A DNA stretch of 64,000 bases from an uncultured Chthonomonadaceae bacterium (GCA_963835065.1 CAWIEK010000053.1:64001-128000); one strand, 5' to 3'. Positions 21,206 to 31,752 are shown, counted from the first letter of the stretch. Numbers and translations are program-made. Notes: generated by a model from the letters alone, not told the origin.

Positions 21206-22326
21206 ATGTTCCGGCTTACCGTCAAGTACAGACTACTGCCAACCGCAGCGCAGGAAACCATCCTGCGCCAGATGCTTTCCACAGCCCGCGACGTGTACAA
21301 CAGCATGGTGGGCTGGCGCAAGCGCGATTATGAAATACACGGCACAAGTCCTACTTACCTGCAACAGCAGAACGTGTTGCCGCTGTGGAAGCCAAGCCCA
21401 CCCGGAGTTGTGTCAACTCTACTCGCAGGTATTCCAGGATGTGGTGAAGCGCGTGTACCTTGCCTTCCAAGCGTTCTTTCGGCGCGTCAAGAACGGTGAA
21501 ACGCCGGGCTATCCGCGCTTCAAAGGACAGGGGCAGTACGACAGCCTCACCTATCCACAGGAAGGTGGCTTTGTGCTGGAAGAGGGTGCAGTACGGCTGT
21601 CCAAGATCGGCGTTATCAAGGCCGTTCTTCATCGCTCCCTGCCGGGTGTTGCCAAAACCTGCACGATAAGAGTACAGGCCGGAAAGTGGTTTGCCTGCCT
21701 CACCTGTGAAGTGGAACAAGAGCCGCTACCCGCAAGCTCGGAGCAAGTCGGTATAGATGTCGGGCTGGAACACTTTGCCGCCACAAGTGAGGGCGAGTTC
21801 ATTAGCCAATCCTCGTTTCTTCCGCAAGGACGAAAAAGCCCTTGCAAAAGCGCAACGCAAAGTGCAACGTCTCAAAGCCTGCCGCACACAACAGCGCAAG
21901 ACGAGCTTGCGCAAAGCGCGGCGCATTGTGTCATGTATCCATGAGCGCATCCGCAACAGCCGCCATGATTTTGTTCACCAGACCGCTTGTAAGTTGGTCA
22001 ACCGCTTCGGCCTGATTGCCGTAGAAGCCCTCCACATCAAAGGTATGGTACACAACCATTGCCTTGCCAAGTCCATTGCCGATGCCAGTTGGCGTATGTT
22101 CCGCGCTGTCCTTGAAAGTAAGGCTGAAAGAGCCGACCGGAAAGTGATCGCCGTCAACCCCGCATACACCTCCCAAGACTGCTCGGAATGTGGAAATCGC
22201 GCCCAAAAGAAACTTGGGGAGCGCGTTCATGTTTGTTCGTGCTGTGGCCTTGTGCTGCAACGTGATGTGAACGCGGCAAAGAACATCCTCAACATCGGTG
22301 TGGGGCGGCACACCGTTCCGGCTTGA
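21206..22326 (+). CDS. tnpB: RNA-guided endonuclease TnpB; two frameshifts near 21395 and 21805
   Basis: KYRLLPTAAQ, GYPRFK, RuvC-I GIDVG, RuvC-II IAVEAL, zinc finger TSQDCSECG...CSCCG, RuvC-III RDVNAAKNI. Confidence 0.95.
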
Positions 22327-22378
22327 CCGGAGAGAAGCCCCGGCGTTTACGCCTGGGGAGCCGTCACCATGTTCTTCC

Positions 22379-24393
22379 TCAATTCGGAAAACACCGATAC
22401 ATTTCGATGTTGAGCATCATGCCTACAAACGTCCACAGGCTGGCGATCACGTAATCGCCCAGGATCAGGCCGATGAAGAACGGCAGAAAATGGCGGTAGG
22501 CTTTCATGCCGCCGTAGCGCAGCGTGAGCCACTTCGCCAGCCAGCCCAAAAAGAACGGGAACCACAGCAGGTCAGGGATAAACGTGTTCGCAATCGCGTA
22601 CCCGGCGGGATGGAACGGCCAGTTGGGAAACGAAACGCGGGCGGCATGAAGCAGGAGGGTGACAGCCATCCCACGCCAAGCGCGGTCAGGCCGGGCGTGT
22701 CCGTGCCTACGCGGTTGCCCGTTAAATGGCTGTTGGCGACCTGATACGGGATTTTGCCCATGTTGATGCGCCAGGGGTTGACATGGGCGGTACTGGCTCC
22801 ATAAATGTAATACAGGTGCAGCACCGTCCACGACGCGCAAACGATGCCGACGAGCATTGCCAGAACCATCGCCGCCGTCAAGCGCCGCAGGTGCAGTTTG
22901 CCCTGTTCCGCGACCTTGTAGGCTTCAAACAGGTGCGGCGTGGTGATGGAGCGATAGTCAATGTTGTACCACGTATGGTACGCGAGGACGCTCAGGGACG
23001 ACAGGTTCAGCGACATCGGGCCGAAAATCCGCGTCACCATTTCGGGCGCGGTCACGAACGGCCCGAAGTGCCAGGCGGTTCCCGCTTCCGCCCGTATCCG
23101 CGTCAGGGCCAGCATGTACGCGGCGAACAAAACGAACAGCAGGACAGACGCGCCGAGCGGCAGTCCGCCCCACATCGCAAACGCCACAGCGCAGGCAAAG
23201 CAGAAGAGACAGCCGAACAGCGCCAGGCGGTACGACATGGCTTCGCGCGCATCATCCGACGAGGCGGGATGCAGCGCGCCGCGCGCGACCGAAGCGAGAT
23301 GCCGCCGCGCCATCCACAGCGACAGGGCAGCCAGGCACAGCCACGCGCCCACGCCCTGCTCCTGCATGTACGGCATCCGCGAACTCGCGCTGCTTGCGCC
23401 CGGATCGCGGTAGCCCCACATCACGCACACCACATCCAGCAGTTTGCGCGCCAGATAAAAGAACCAGCACGAAAACGACACGTCCGTAGACAGCAGGTAC
23501 GCCAGGCCGATGGTGTTCGGGTGAAAGGCAAGCGGAAAATACCCCAGCGCGTTCCAGGGCGGCGTTTTAATCATCGCGCCGATGTCGAGCGGGCCGTTGC
23601 CAGTCGGCTTGACGGGAATTTCGGGCAGGTTGGGAAACAGCCAGTGGAGATTGTTGACGGTTTGCAGCAGCACGGGGAGCAGAAATCCGATCAGAAATGC
23701 GCGATTGCGCATTAATCCTGCCAGGCCGCCTGCCTGCGCGGTCATGGCGACGGGCAGAATGGTAATCGGGAAACTCAGCCGCTCATGCTCCACCCACTGC
23801 CGGCGCAAAATCACGGCAAAGCACAGCGTCATCAGCATCAGCAGAAACAGAAAGCCGCCCCACGCGACAATGGGAAAAAACCACGCGCGCAGGTGCGGCC
23901 ACGTATACAGCGTACTGTTGCCCAGATAAAAATCGCGGACGGCGTCGGCATCGCGGGGCGACCACCAGGCGGGAACCGCGTCGGAAAAACGATTCCATTT
24001 GTCGTTTGTAAACCATACAGGGTTGGCAATGGCGGGCGTCAAAAAGCCGATCATGCCGATGCCCGCAAGCGAAGAGCCGACGGCAACCAGCACGTACAGC
24101 GTCGCCATTTCGCCGGGAGAAAGCGCCAGGCGCGGCAGCCGCTTTTCAACCAGCGCGTTTAACCCGGCAACCACAAACACGACAAAAATAACCCCGATGG
24201 GCAGCGCCGTGCAGGTGATTTCCGTTGTAGACGTTTTAATTTCGGAGTACGCGATCCACCAGCACATCACGCCGATCAGCAGCATGGAAAGCGCCACGAC
24301 TCGCCCGCTCACGCTGCGCGGAGCCATTGCTCTCGCAGTCGTTGGCGCCGCATCCGTTTCTTTGCCGGTTTGAGAAGTTGTAGGAAACATCAT
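22379..24393 (-). CDS. DUF6785/DUF6784-type polytopic membrane protein (putative transporter); frameshift near 22670
   Basis: RRQWVEHERLSFPI, GLAYLLSTDVSFSCWFF, TRIRAEAG, WPFHPAGY, LRYGG...PFFIGLILGD; many TM helices. Confidence 0.8.
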
Positions 24394-24559
24394 CCTGCGC
24401 CTTTGCCTGTCAGTGCCTTTGCCTCTTTGTTCCCTCCGACACCCGCAAAATCCTGCTTGAATACATTTACGCAGGAAATACCGCCCGAAAACGCGAAACA
24501 AAACGTAGATTAGGGCGTGAGTAGGGTTTTAGGGTTTTAGGCGGGTGAAGGCAGGGGAT

Positions 24560-25831
24560 ATGCACACTACAATTTTAGAGGCAAGCGTTGCGTTTGTGCC
24601 GCAGACATTGCGCGTTCCTATGCGCCTGAGTTCCGGCGTGATTACCGAAATCACCGAAGCGCAGGCGTCTGTTACCGTAGAAGTGGAAGGCCGGCGCGGA
24701 ACAGGGCGGGGAAGTATTTACCTCAGCGACGTATGGGCGTGGCCTGACCCGGCTAAGACCCATGCGCAGCGCGATGCGGCCATGCGCGCGCTGTGTACAC
24801 AAATCGCCGACAATCTGAAGGAACGCTGCGGAAACGAAGCCGCGCACCCGACCGAATTGGGATTGCGCCTCCACGCGAGTTTACAGCAGGAAACCGACTC
24901 GCCCGTGCGGACCATTCTGGCGCGTATTATGTGCGGCAGCCCGTTCGATGCCGCCCTGCACGACGCCGTTGGGATTGCGCTGAACCGTTCCGCCTTTTCG
25001 TTCTATGACGATGCCGATTCTGCTGCCTTCCGCCGATGCTTATTTTCCCGAAACGGGCGCGTGTCGAGCGATTGTCGAAACCCTGCGCCCGCCCCAAACC
25101 CAATTCGATGCCTGGCTGTGCGTGAGCAAGGACGACACACTGGAAGGGGATGTCGCGCCCTGGATACGGGAACGCGGCTATCGCTGCTTCAAACTGAAAC
25201 TAATGGGCAAGGACAGCGCTGCCGATGCCGCCCGCACTGTAGCAGGTATATCATGGCGTACAGGCGTTGGGAGCCGTTCACCCGCGCCTGTCGGTTGACA
25301 GCAACGAGGGCAACCCCGACGCGGCCAGCGTACAGGAGTATCTCGAACGCCTGCAAGCCGACGCCCCGGACGTGTTCGACAAATTGGAGTATCTGGAACA
25401 GCCCACAAGCCGCGACATTCTGAATGTGCCGCAAAACTGGCAGGGCGTTACAAAATTAAAGCCCGTGATTCTGGACGAAGGCTTGACGGGCATGGAATTG
25501 TTAAGCGCGGTGCAAGCGCAGGGGTGGAGCGGCATCGCCATCAAGACGTGCAAGGGGCATAGTTTCTCGCTGGTCGCGGCGGCGTGGGCGCGGCAGAATG
25601 GCCTTCTGGTCGCCTTGCAGGATTTGACCAATCCGGGATTGGCGGCCATTCATTCCCTCCTTGTCGCCGCACACATTCCCACGCTCAACGGCATTGAGTT
25701 AAACTCGCCCCAGTACACGCCGGACGCCAACGCTGATTGGCTGCCCCGCTTGCAGCCCCTCCTTGCCCCAACGGATGGAACCCACCGCCTGCCCGATGCT
25801 CTGCCGGTCGGTCTTTGGCTCGATGTTGTAA
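24560..25831 (+). CDS. Enolase-superfamily (mandelate racemase/muconate cycloisomerase-like) enzyme; frameshifts near 25010, 25250 and 25815
   Basis: SPFDAALHDA, FKLK (KxK), VDSNE, YLEQP, LDEG, KTCKGH, QDLTNP; native end read as GLGSML*. Confidence 0.78.
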
Positions 25832-25893
25832 ACGCTTGCGGTGAGCCGGGGATTTTCAGTACCCGGCAACAGCACTATAAAGTTGGTAACGCC

Positions 25894-26919
25894 ATGAACA
25901 TAATTCCCGATGAGGAAACGCTGGAAGACCTGCTCAGCGCGCCGACGCCTGCCGTTGTGGAAACAATGCGCAATTTGGAAGGCGATATTTTGGTGTTGGG
26001 CGTGGGCGGCAAAATGGGGCCGACGCTGGCGCGTATGGCAAAACGGGCGTCGGAGCAGGCGGGCGTGAACCGGCGCGTTATCGGCGTGTCGCGTTTTGGC
26101 GCGGAGGGGCTGGAAGCGAAACTAAATTCCCATGATGTGGAAACCATTCGATGTGACCTGCTCGATGCCGCCGCCTTAGCGCGCCTGCCGGACGCGCCCA
26201 ATATCGTTTACATGGCGGGAATGAAGTTCGGCGCAACGGGTAATGAAGCCCTGACGTGGGCGATGAACAGCTACCTGCCCGGAATGGTCTGCCAGAAGTT
26301 CAGGCACAGCCGGATTGCGGCGTTTTCTACCGGCAACGTGTACGGGCTGACGCCGCTGCATTGGGGCGGCTCCCTCGAAACGGATGCCTGCGCCCCGGTT
26401 GGCGATTACGCGATGAGCTGTCTGGGACGCGAGCGCATTTTCGCGCATTTCAGTCAAACGCTGCAAATTCCTGTCGCGCTGATCCGCCTGAACTACGCGG
26501 TGGAAATGCGCTACGGCGTTTTGGTGGATGTGGCGCAGCGGGTTTGGGCGGGGGAGCCGGTCAATGTGGGCATGGGAATGGCAAACGTGATCTGGCAGGG
26601 GGATGCCAACGCGCACAGCCTGCTTGCCCTCGGCCATTGCGCCTCTCCGCCGTTTGTCCTGAACGTCTCCGGCCCCGAAACTCTGAGCATCCGGCGCATT
26701 GCGGAACAATTCGGCCAACTATTCGGCAAGCCGCCGCGCTTCGAGGGCGAGGAAGCCGCGCAAGCCCTGTTAAGCAACGCCCAATTGTCGCATCGCTTGT
26801 TCGGCTATCCCCATGTTCCCGTCCAGCAAATCCTGCAATGGACGGCAGATTGGGTACAGCGCAATGGCCCTACCCTGAACAAACCCACGCATTTTGAAGC
26901 GCGCGACGGCAAGTTTTGA
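25894..26919 (+). CDS. NAD-dependent epimerase/dehydratase
   Basis: LGVGGKMG, MAGMKFG, FSTGNVY, YAMSCLGRER, RLNYA, KPTHFEARDGKF. Confidence 0.88.
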   Translation: MNIIPDEETLEDLLSAPTPAVVETMRNLEGDILVLGVGGKMGPTLARMAKRASEQAGVNRRVIGVSRFGAEGLEAKLNSHDVETIRCDLLDAAALARLPDAPNIVYMAGMKFGATGNEALTWAMNSYLPGMVCQKFRHSRIAAFSTGNVYGLTPLHWGGSLETDACAPVGDYAMSCLGRERIFAHFSQTLQIPVALIRLNYAVEMRYGVLVDVAQRVWAGEPVNVGMGMANVIWQGDANAHSLLALGHCASPPFVLNVSGPETLSIRRIAEQFGQLFGKPPRFEGEEAAQALLSNAQLSHRLFGYPHVPVQQILQWTADWVQRNGPTLNKPTHFEARDGKF

Positions 26920-26925
26920 GTCAAT

Positions 26926-26974
26926 CATAAGGTGTTGGCATCAATTAAGATTCTATTGATGCCAACACCTTATG
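26926..26974. terminator. Perfect long hairpin between convergent genes (bidirectional terminator)
   Basis: CATAAGGTGTTGGCATCAAT-taagattct-ATTGATGCCAACACCTTATG. Confidence 0.75.
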
Positions 26975-27000
26975 TCTGACCCTGATTCGGTTCATCGAAC

Positions 27001-27774
27001 TTACTGGCTGGAAGCGGGCGAATCGTCCGGGGACGGGAGCGTATCGCCCGTAGCGGGTTCTTCCAGAATCACGCGGGAGGCAATCTGCTCTTCGCCGGGA
27101 ACGGGCGGCAGCTTGGACAGGTCGAGGCGGCGCGCGCCGTACCAGTGGTTTTTGTGGTAGCCCTCATCCAGTCGGCTGAGAATGACGCCCGTGCGGGCGC
27201 TGGCGGCATGGATAAACCAGCCGTCGCCCACAAAAATGCCGACGTGCGACAGGCCGCGCTTGTAGGTGTTCTTGAAGAAAACCAGATCGCCGGGCTGAAG
27301 GTCGCTTTTGGCGACGGGAACGCCCTTGTTGACTTGTTCGCTGGCGCAGCGCGGGAGGTAAATACCCCATTTGGCGTACACGTACTGCACCAGACCGGAG
27401 CAGTCGAAGCCGCGCTTGGGCGAGGTTCCGCCCCAGACGTAGGGCAGGCCCTTAAACTGCTGCGCGGTGCGGGTGATGTTCATGCCGCGCGACGCCAGCG
27501 CGCTGCCGGTTCCCCGGTCCACCATGCCGCTGCGGTCAATGCCGCCACTGCGGTCAATAGCGCCGCCGCGATCCGGTGTGCTGGAAACGGAAGCCGGATT
27601 GGAAGCATCCGCTTTAGAAGCGGGAGCGGGCGCAGGTTTATGCGCGGCAGTCTTGGCGTGTTTGGCCTTCTGGTCAGCATGGACGAGCAGGGGGAACGTG
27701 GCTGAGGTACAGACAAGGGCGCTTATGGCGCAAAGCAGGGAGACGCTTTTGCGCCGGGTATTGGAAATAAGCAA
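27001..27774 (-). CDS. Secreted NlpC/P60 (C40) peptidoglycan endopeptidase
   Basis: Signal peptide; GLPYVWGG, FDCSG (catalytic Cys), PGDLVFF, SHVGI, FIHAAS. Confidence 0.93.
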   Translation of the reverse strand: MLISNTRRKSVSLLCAISALVCTSATFPLLVHADQKAKHAKTAAHKPAPAPASKADASNPASVSSTPDRGGAIDRSGGIDRSGMVDRGTGSALASRGMNITRTAQQFKGLPYVWGGTSPKRGFDCSGLVQYVYAKWGIYLPRCASEQVNKGVPVAKSDLQPGDLVFFKNTYKRGLSHVGIFVGDGWFIHAASARTGVILSRLDEGYHKNHWYGARRLDLSKLPPVPGEEQIASRVILEEPATGDTLPSPDDSPASSQ

Positions 27775-27789
27775 GGTTCGTTTTTGCCT

Positions 27790-27961
27790 CTCTTTCTAGT
27801 AGATCATTTCGGGTCGCCGCGAGTGTTCGCTTCTACCTTGAAGCGGGATCGTCCTCGATCCCTCCGTGCGGCGCTATAGGCTACTAGCTTCCACCATCAG
27901 GGGCAAAAACCGTTACAGCAGACTAAACTCTTCCGGCCAGCATACGCCGGAATACTTAGCA
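27790..27961 (-). promoter_or_regulatory. Candidate structured 5' leader RNA of the NlpC/P60 gene
   Basis: TATAAT on the minus strand at 27968-27973; the roughly 190-nt UTR folds by eye into at least four helices. Confidence 0.5.
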
Positions 27962-28133
27962 GACTCTATTATAACCGCATTGTTTCGGTTTTTCCACCTC
28001 TTTTCTGTGATATTTTTCACATCGCTTACTGCCCGCCTGCCTCCAATCAGGGTAAATCTGTACAAGACGGTTCTTTTATGGCACAATAAATCAACGGATA
28101 CTGTTCCCAACTTCAAGAGGAGATGCCGCGATC

Positions 28134-28436
28134 ATGGAAACAACGATTGAAACAACTCTCAAGCCGGATACCGATGAAACGCTTGATGCAATCCCTGTCA
28201 CGCCGTTGTCAGCCGCGGAAAACGAACAGGAGTCGTCAAGCGATACTGCCGCTGTCTCGCCTGCGCCTTTGTTGCGCGGACAACAAAGGCCGACACCTAT
28301 CGGTCCGCCCATTCCGAACCATCCGCTTGCCCCATTATTAGGTTCATTCAATGATGAGCCTCTGTGGGACGAGTGGCAGGAAGCGATTCGCGTGTACCGT
28401 CAGCGCATGAATGAACAACAGGATGACGAGGAATGA
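28134..28436 (+). CDS. Putative antitoxin
   Basis: Acidic protein; HPLAPLLGSFNDEPLWDE; stop overlaps the toxin start (ATGA). Confidence 0.75.
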   Translation: METTIETTLKPDTDETLDAIPVTPLSAAENEQESSSDTAAVSPAPLLRGQQRPTPIGPPIPNHPLAPLLGSFNDEPLWDEWQEAIRVYRQRMNEQQDDEE

Positions 28437-28867
28437 CGCCAGGCTATGTTCTCGATTCAGATGTAGCTTCCCTGCTCACACATTATCCGAATCAACAGCC
28501 GCATCTTGTTCAAAAGGTTTCCGCAATGCCAATCCAACAGATGTGGATCAGCATTGTAACTATCGAGGAAGCGATAAAGGGCGCGTTTGCCCTCATCAAC
28601 AACCCGAAAATGCCCACAGCGCAGATACAATCCTGCGAACTCTTACGCCGCATCATGCAGGAGTATTCTCGCTTCCGTATTTTGCCCTATGATGCAACGG
28701 CGCAGCAGGTATACAAGAATATGACGGCGGCGGAAAAGCGCGTAGGCACGAACGACTGCAAAATTGCCGCCATTGCCATGTCGCGCAACTTTGTCGTGGT
28801 CACGCGCAATGTAAGAGACTTTACCCGCATCAACGGCGTCGTTTTTGAAGATTGGACGCAGCCGTAA
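28433..28867 (+). CDS. PIN-domain VapC toxin
   Basis: YVLDSD...SIVTIEE...GTNDCKIAAIA...VTRNVRDF..I.G..EDW; terminator hairpin at about 28897-28935. Confidence 0.92.
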   Translation: MTPGYVLDSDVASLLTHYPNQQPHLVQKVSAMPIQQMWISIVTIEEAIKGAFALINNPKMPTAQIQSCELLRRIMQEYSRFRILPYDATAQQVYKNMTAAEKRVGTNDCKIAAIAMSRNFVVVTRNVRDFTRINGVVFEDWTQP

Positions 28868-29014
28868 TCGGATGTACAAACGTCATCTGAGAGAAACCAC
28901 CCCTTGCAAGAGATTGTCTCTCGCAAGGGGTGTTTTGACATAATAGTTTAGCCCCATCTCGAATCAGAGCCTCTCCCCTCTTCCAGGCTTTTTGGGAGAG
29001 GGCGGGGGTGAGGG

Positions 29015-29239
29015 CTACTCGGTCAGGACAATTCCGCGTGTCGTTTTATCCGTGTGAGCAACGCCATTATTAGCGGCTTTGTCATCGCCATAAATAACGC
29101 CTTTGCTATTGGCGCTGACGGCGCTTGTACCGCCGCCGCAGCCGGCCAGCAATCCGGCCAGCAGGCAGCCCAGGAGAAGAAGCATCGCGCCGCGCGCAGT
29201 GCGGGGACTCGGCGCGGAAGAACGAAGAATGCGAGTCAT
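29015..29239 (-). CDS. Small hypothetical lipoprotein
   Basis: AAGGAG RBS; LLAGC lipobox followed by GGG. Confidence 0.65.
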   Translation of the reverse strand: MTRILRSSAPSPRTARGAMLLLLGCLLAGLLAGCGGGTSAVSANSKGVIYGDDKAANNGVAHTDKTTRGIVLTE

Positions 29240-29350
29240 ATCGGTCTCCTTCCAGAAACAGTTTGTCGCTTGGGCGGCGTTGAGGGGAAACAGCACGCCT
29301 TTCGTATTCTCCCTGCCCGGCGCAAATACCTGCGTCCGTAAGAACTATTT

Positions 29351-29552
29351 TTTCTACCCTCATCCGGCCTCCGGCCACCTTCTCCCTGCAAGGGAGAAGG
29401 CGAAACTAATCAATGGGCGGTTGAACGGGAGATGACGAAGCCTCTAAGCAATCTATAAGTATTCACAAAATCTCTGACCAACCCGCCCGATAAACAAATT
29501 AGCCTTCTCCCTTGCAGGGAGAAGGTGGCCGGAGGCCGGATGAGGGTAGAAA
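29351..29552. repeat. MITE/REPIN-like element with perfect 51-bp inverted repeats
   Basis: 29351-29401 is the exact reverse complement of 29502-29552; 100-bp spacer; related CCCTCTCCC...GGGAGAGGG hairpins near 13340, 28970 and 54045-54158. Confidence 0.88.
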
Positions 29553-29656
29553 CTTCCGCTTTACCGTGACGTAAATAGTGACGCGGGAGGAATGAAAGGC
29601 GTCTGCGTCGAATAACAGGCACAATAATCCAATGTTTCGCAAGGAGAACCCGACCC

Positions 29657-31732
29657 GTGACCACCGATGCAACGCCGCAACTTAATCCCAATAGTAATGC
29701 CGATGCGCAACAGCCGCAGGCATTTCCGCCACCGCCCGATTTTGCGCGACAGGCTAATGCCAACAATTCCGATATTTACGAACTCGCCAATCAGGACACG
29801 GAAACATTTTGGGCCGAGTGCGCCCGCGAATTGACGTGGATTACGCCGTTTCAAAGCGTTCTGGAATGGAACCCGCCTCATGCCCGCTGGTTTGCCGACG
29901 GTCAACTCAACGTCAGCGCGAACTGCGTGGATCGGCATTTGCAGGCGCGAAGTGACAGGCGGGCTATCGTGTGGGAGGGAGAACCCGGCGAAGTCCGAAC
30001 CCTGACGTTTGCTGAACTGTCGCAGGACGTGAACAAATTCGCTAACGTGCTGAAAAGCCTGGGCGTACAAAAGGGAGACCGCGTGACTCTGTACATGCCG
30101 ATGGTTCCCGAAGCCGCGATTGCGATGCTGGCTTGTACGCGCATCGGCGCTCCTCATTCCGTCGTGTTCGGCGGCTTTTCCGCCGAAGCGTTGCGCGAAC
30201 GTACCATTGACTGCGGCTCCAAAGTGATTATCACGGCGGATGGCTACTGGCGGCGCGGCGGCATCGTGCCCCTCAAGCAGACAACGGACGAGGCGGCAGA
30301 AGCCTGCCCAACCGTAGAAAAGATCGTCGTCCTGAAACGCATCGGCGAACAGGCCAATGCCACGATGCAGTCCGGCCGCGACCTGTGGTGGCACGACCTG
30401 ATGGCAGACGCTTCCCCTGACTGCCCGCCCGAACCCATGAACGCGGAAGACCCGCTTTTCATTCTCTACACCTCCGGCAGTACCGGCAAGCCCAAAGGCA
30501 TCCTGCACACAACCGGCGGCTACCTGACCGGCGCTTACATCACCACCAAACTGATCTTCGACATCAAAGACACCGACCTCTACTGGTGTACGGCTGACAT
30601 CGGCTGGATTACCGGCCACTCCTATGTCGTCTACGGCCCCCTTGCCAACGGCGCGACGGTTTTCATGTACGAAGGTTCGCCGGATTGGGGAAAAAGCAAG
30701 GATGAAGGCGGAAGGATGAAGGATGAAAAACAAACTCCTGATTCATCCTTCATCCTTCATCCTTCATCCTTTCAAGATCGTGGGCGTTTCTGGGACATGA
30801 TCGAACAGCATAAGATTACCATTTTGTACACCGCGCCGACGTTGATACGCTCGTGTATGAAGTGGGGAGATGAGTTCCCACACGCGCATGATTTGTCGAG
30901 TCTGCGGCTTTTGGGAAGCGTGGGCGAACCGATCAACCCGGAAGCGTGGCTGTGGTATCACGAGCATATTGGGAACGGCAAATGCCCGATTGTGGATACG
31001 TGGTGGCAGACGGAAACGGGCGCAATTATGATAACGCCCCTGCCCGGCCTGACCACAACGTACCCCGGCAGCGCAACCCGCCCGTTCCCCGGCATTGAGG
31101 CGGATGTGGTGGACGAGAAGGGCAACCCGGTTCCTAATGGGAAAAATGGAATCTTAGTGATTCGTAAGCCCTGGCCGTCCATGCTGCGAACGCTGTGGAG
31201 CAACGATGAGCGGTACAAACAGGTGTATTGGAGCAAGTTCCCCGGCCTGTACTTCCCCGGCGACGGAGCCATGCGGGACGCGGACGGCAATTTCTGGCTG
31301 TTAGGCCGCGTGGACGATATCATACTTGTCGCAGGTCATAACATTAGTACGATGGAAATGGAAAGCGCGCTCGTAGAGCATCCCGCTGTGGCCGAGGCGG
31401 CAGTTGTCGGCAAAACGCACAAGGAGAAATGGCAAGTCCCCATCGCCTTCGTCGTTATCCGCGAAGCCCACGCGCCCGACAAAGACGACAAAGCCGCTCT
31501 CAAAGCCCTGAGCAGCGAACTGAAAGCGTTCGTGGCAACCAAACTCGGCGCGATCTTCCGCCCCGACGACGTGATCTTAACCGCCGATCTGCCCAAAACC
31601 CGCAGCGGCAAAATCATGCGCAGATTGCTGCGCGACATTGCCGAAGGCCGCGTCATGGGCGACACCACCACCCTCGCCGACCCCAACATCATCGCCAGCC
31701 TCAAAGACAAGTACGCCGACGAGGAAAATTGA
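29657..31732 (+). CDS. acs: Acetyl-CoA synthetase, with an in-frame repeat-derived insertion
   Basis: [61 protein letters not shown] start with AAGGAG RBS. Confidence 0.96.
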   Translation: MTTDATPQLNPNSNADAQQPQAFPPPPDFARQANANNSDIYELANQDTETFWAECARELTWITPFQSVLEWNPPHARWFADGQLNVSANCVDRHLQARSDRRAIVWEGEPGEVRTLTFAELSQDVNKFANVLKSLGVQKGDRVTLYMPMVPEAAIAMLACTRIGAPHSVVFGGFSAEALRERTIDCGSKVIITADGYWRRGGIVPLKQTTDEAAEACPTVEKIVVLKRIGEQANATMQSGRDLWWHDLMADASPDCPPEPMNAEDPLFILYTSGSTGKPKGILHTTGGYLTGAYITTKLIFDIKDTDLYWCTADIGWITGHSYVVYGPLANGATVFMYEGSPDWGKSKDEGGRMKDEKQTPDSSFILHPSSFQDRGRFWDMIEQHKITILYTAPTLIRSCMKWGDEFPHAHDLSSLRLLGSVGEPINPEAWLWYHEHIGNGKCPIVDTWWQTETGAIMITPLPGLTTTYPGSATRPFPGIEADVVDEKGNPVPNGKNGILVIRKPWPSMLRTLWSNDERYKQVYWSKFPGLYFPGDGAMRDADGNFWLLGRVDDIILVAGHNISTMEMESALVEHPAVAEAAVVGKTHKEKWQVPIAFVVIREAHAPDKDDKAALKALSSELKAFVATKLGAIFRPDDVILTADLPKTRSGKIMRRLLRDIAEGRVMGDTTTLADPNIIASLKDKYADEEN

Positions 31733-31752
31733 AGGGCACAAATTAGATTACT

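Larger units (their letters stand above)
21032..22367 (+). mobile_element. IS200/IS605-family, tnpB-only (IS1341-like) element; right end well defined, left end approximate
   Basis: Right end GAAG-CCCCGGCG-TTTA-CGCCTGGGG-AGCCG-TCAC (22334-22367); no tnpA; left boundary inferred after TTTAT (21027-21031). Confidence 0.8.

Noticed and set aside
25267..26919. Apparent enolase-epimerase fusion (550-aa ORF)
   Set aside because: One extra T near 25815 removes the natural GLGSML* stop; the epimerase has its own ATG at 25894.
27500..27580. DRSGG repeats in the NlpC/P60 gene as a mobile repeat
   Set aside because: Codon-phased protein linker repeats (DRGGAI/DRSGGI/DRSGMV), unrelated to the heptamer families.
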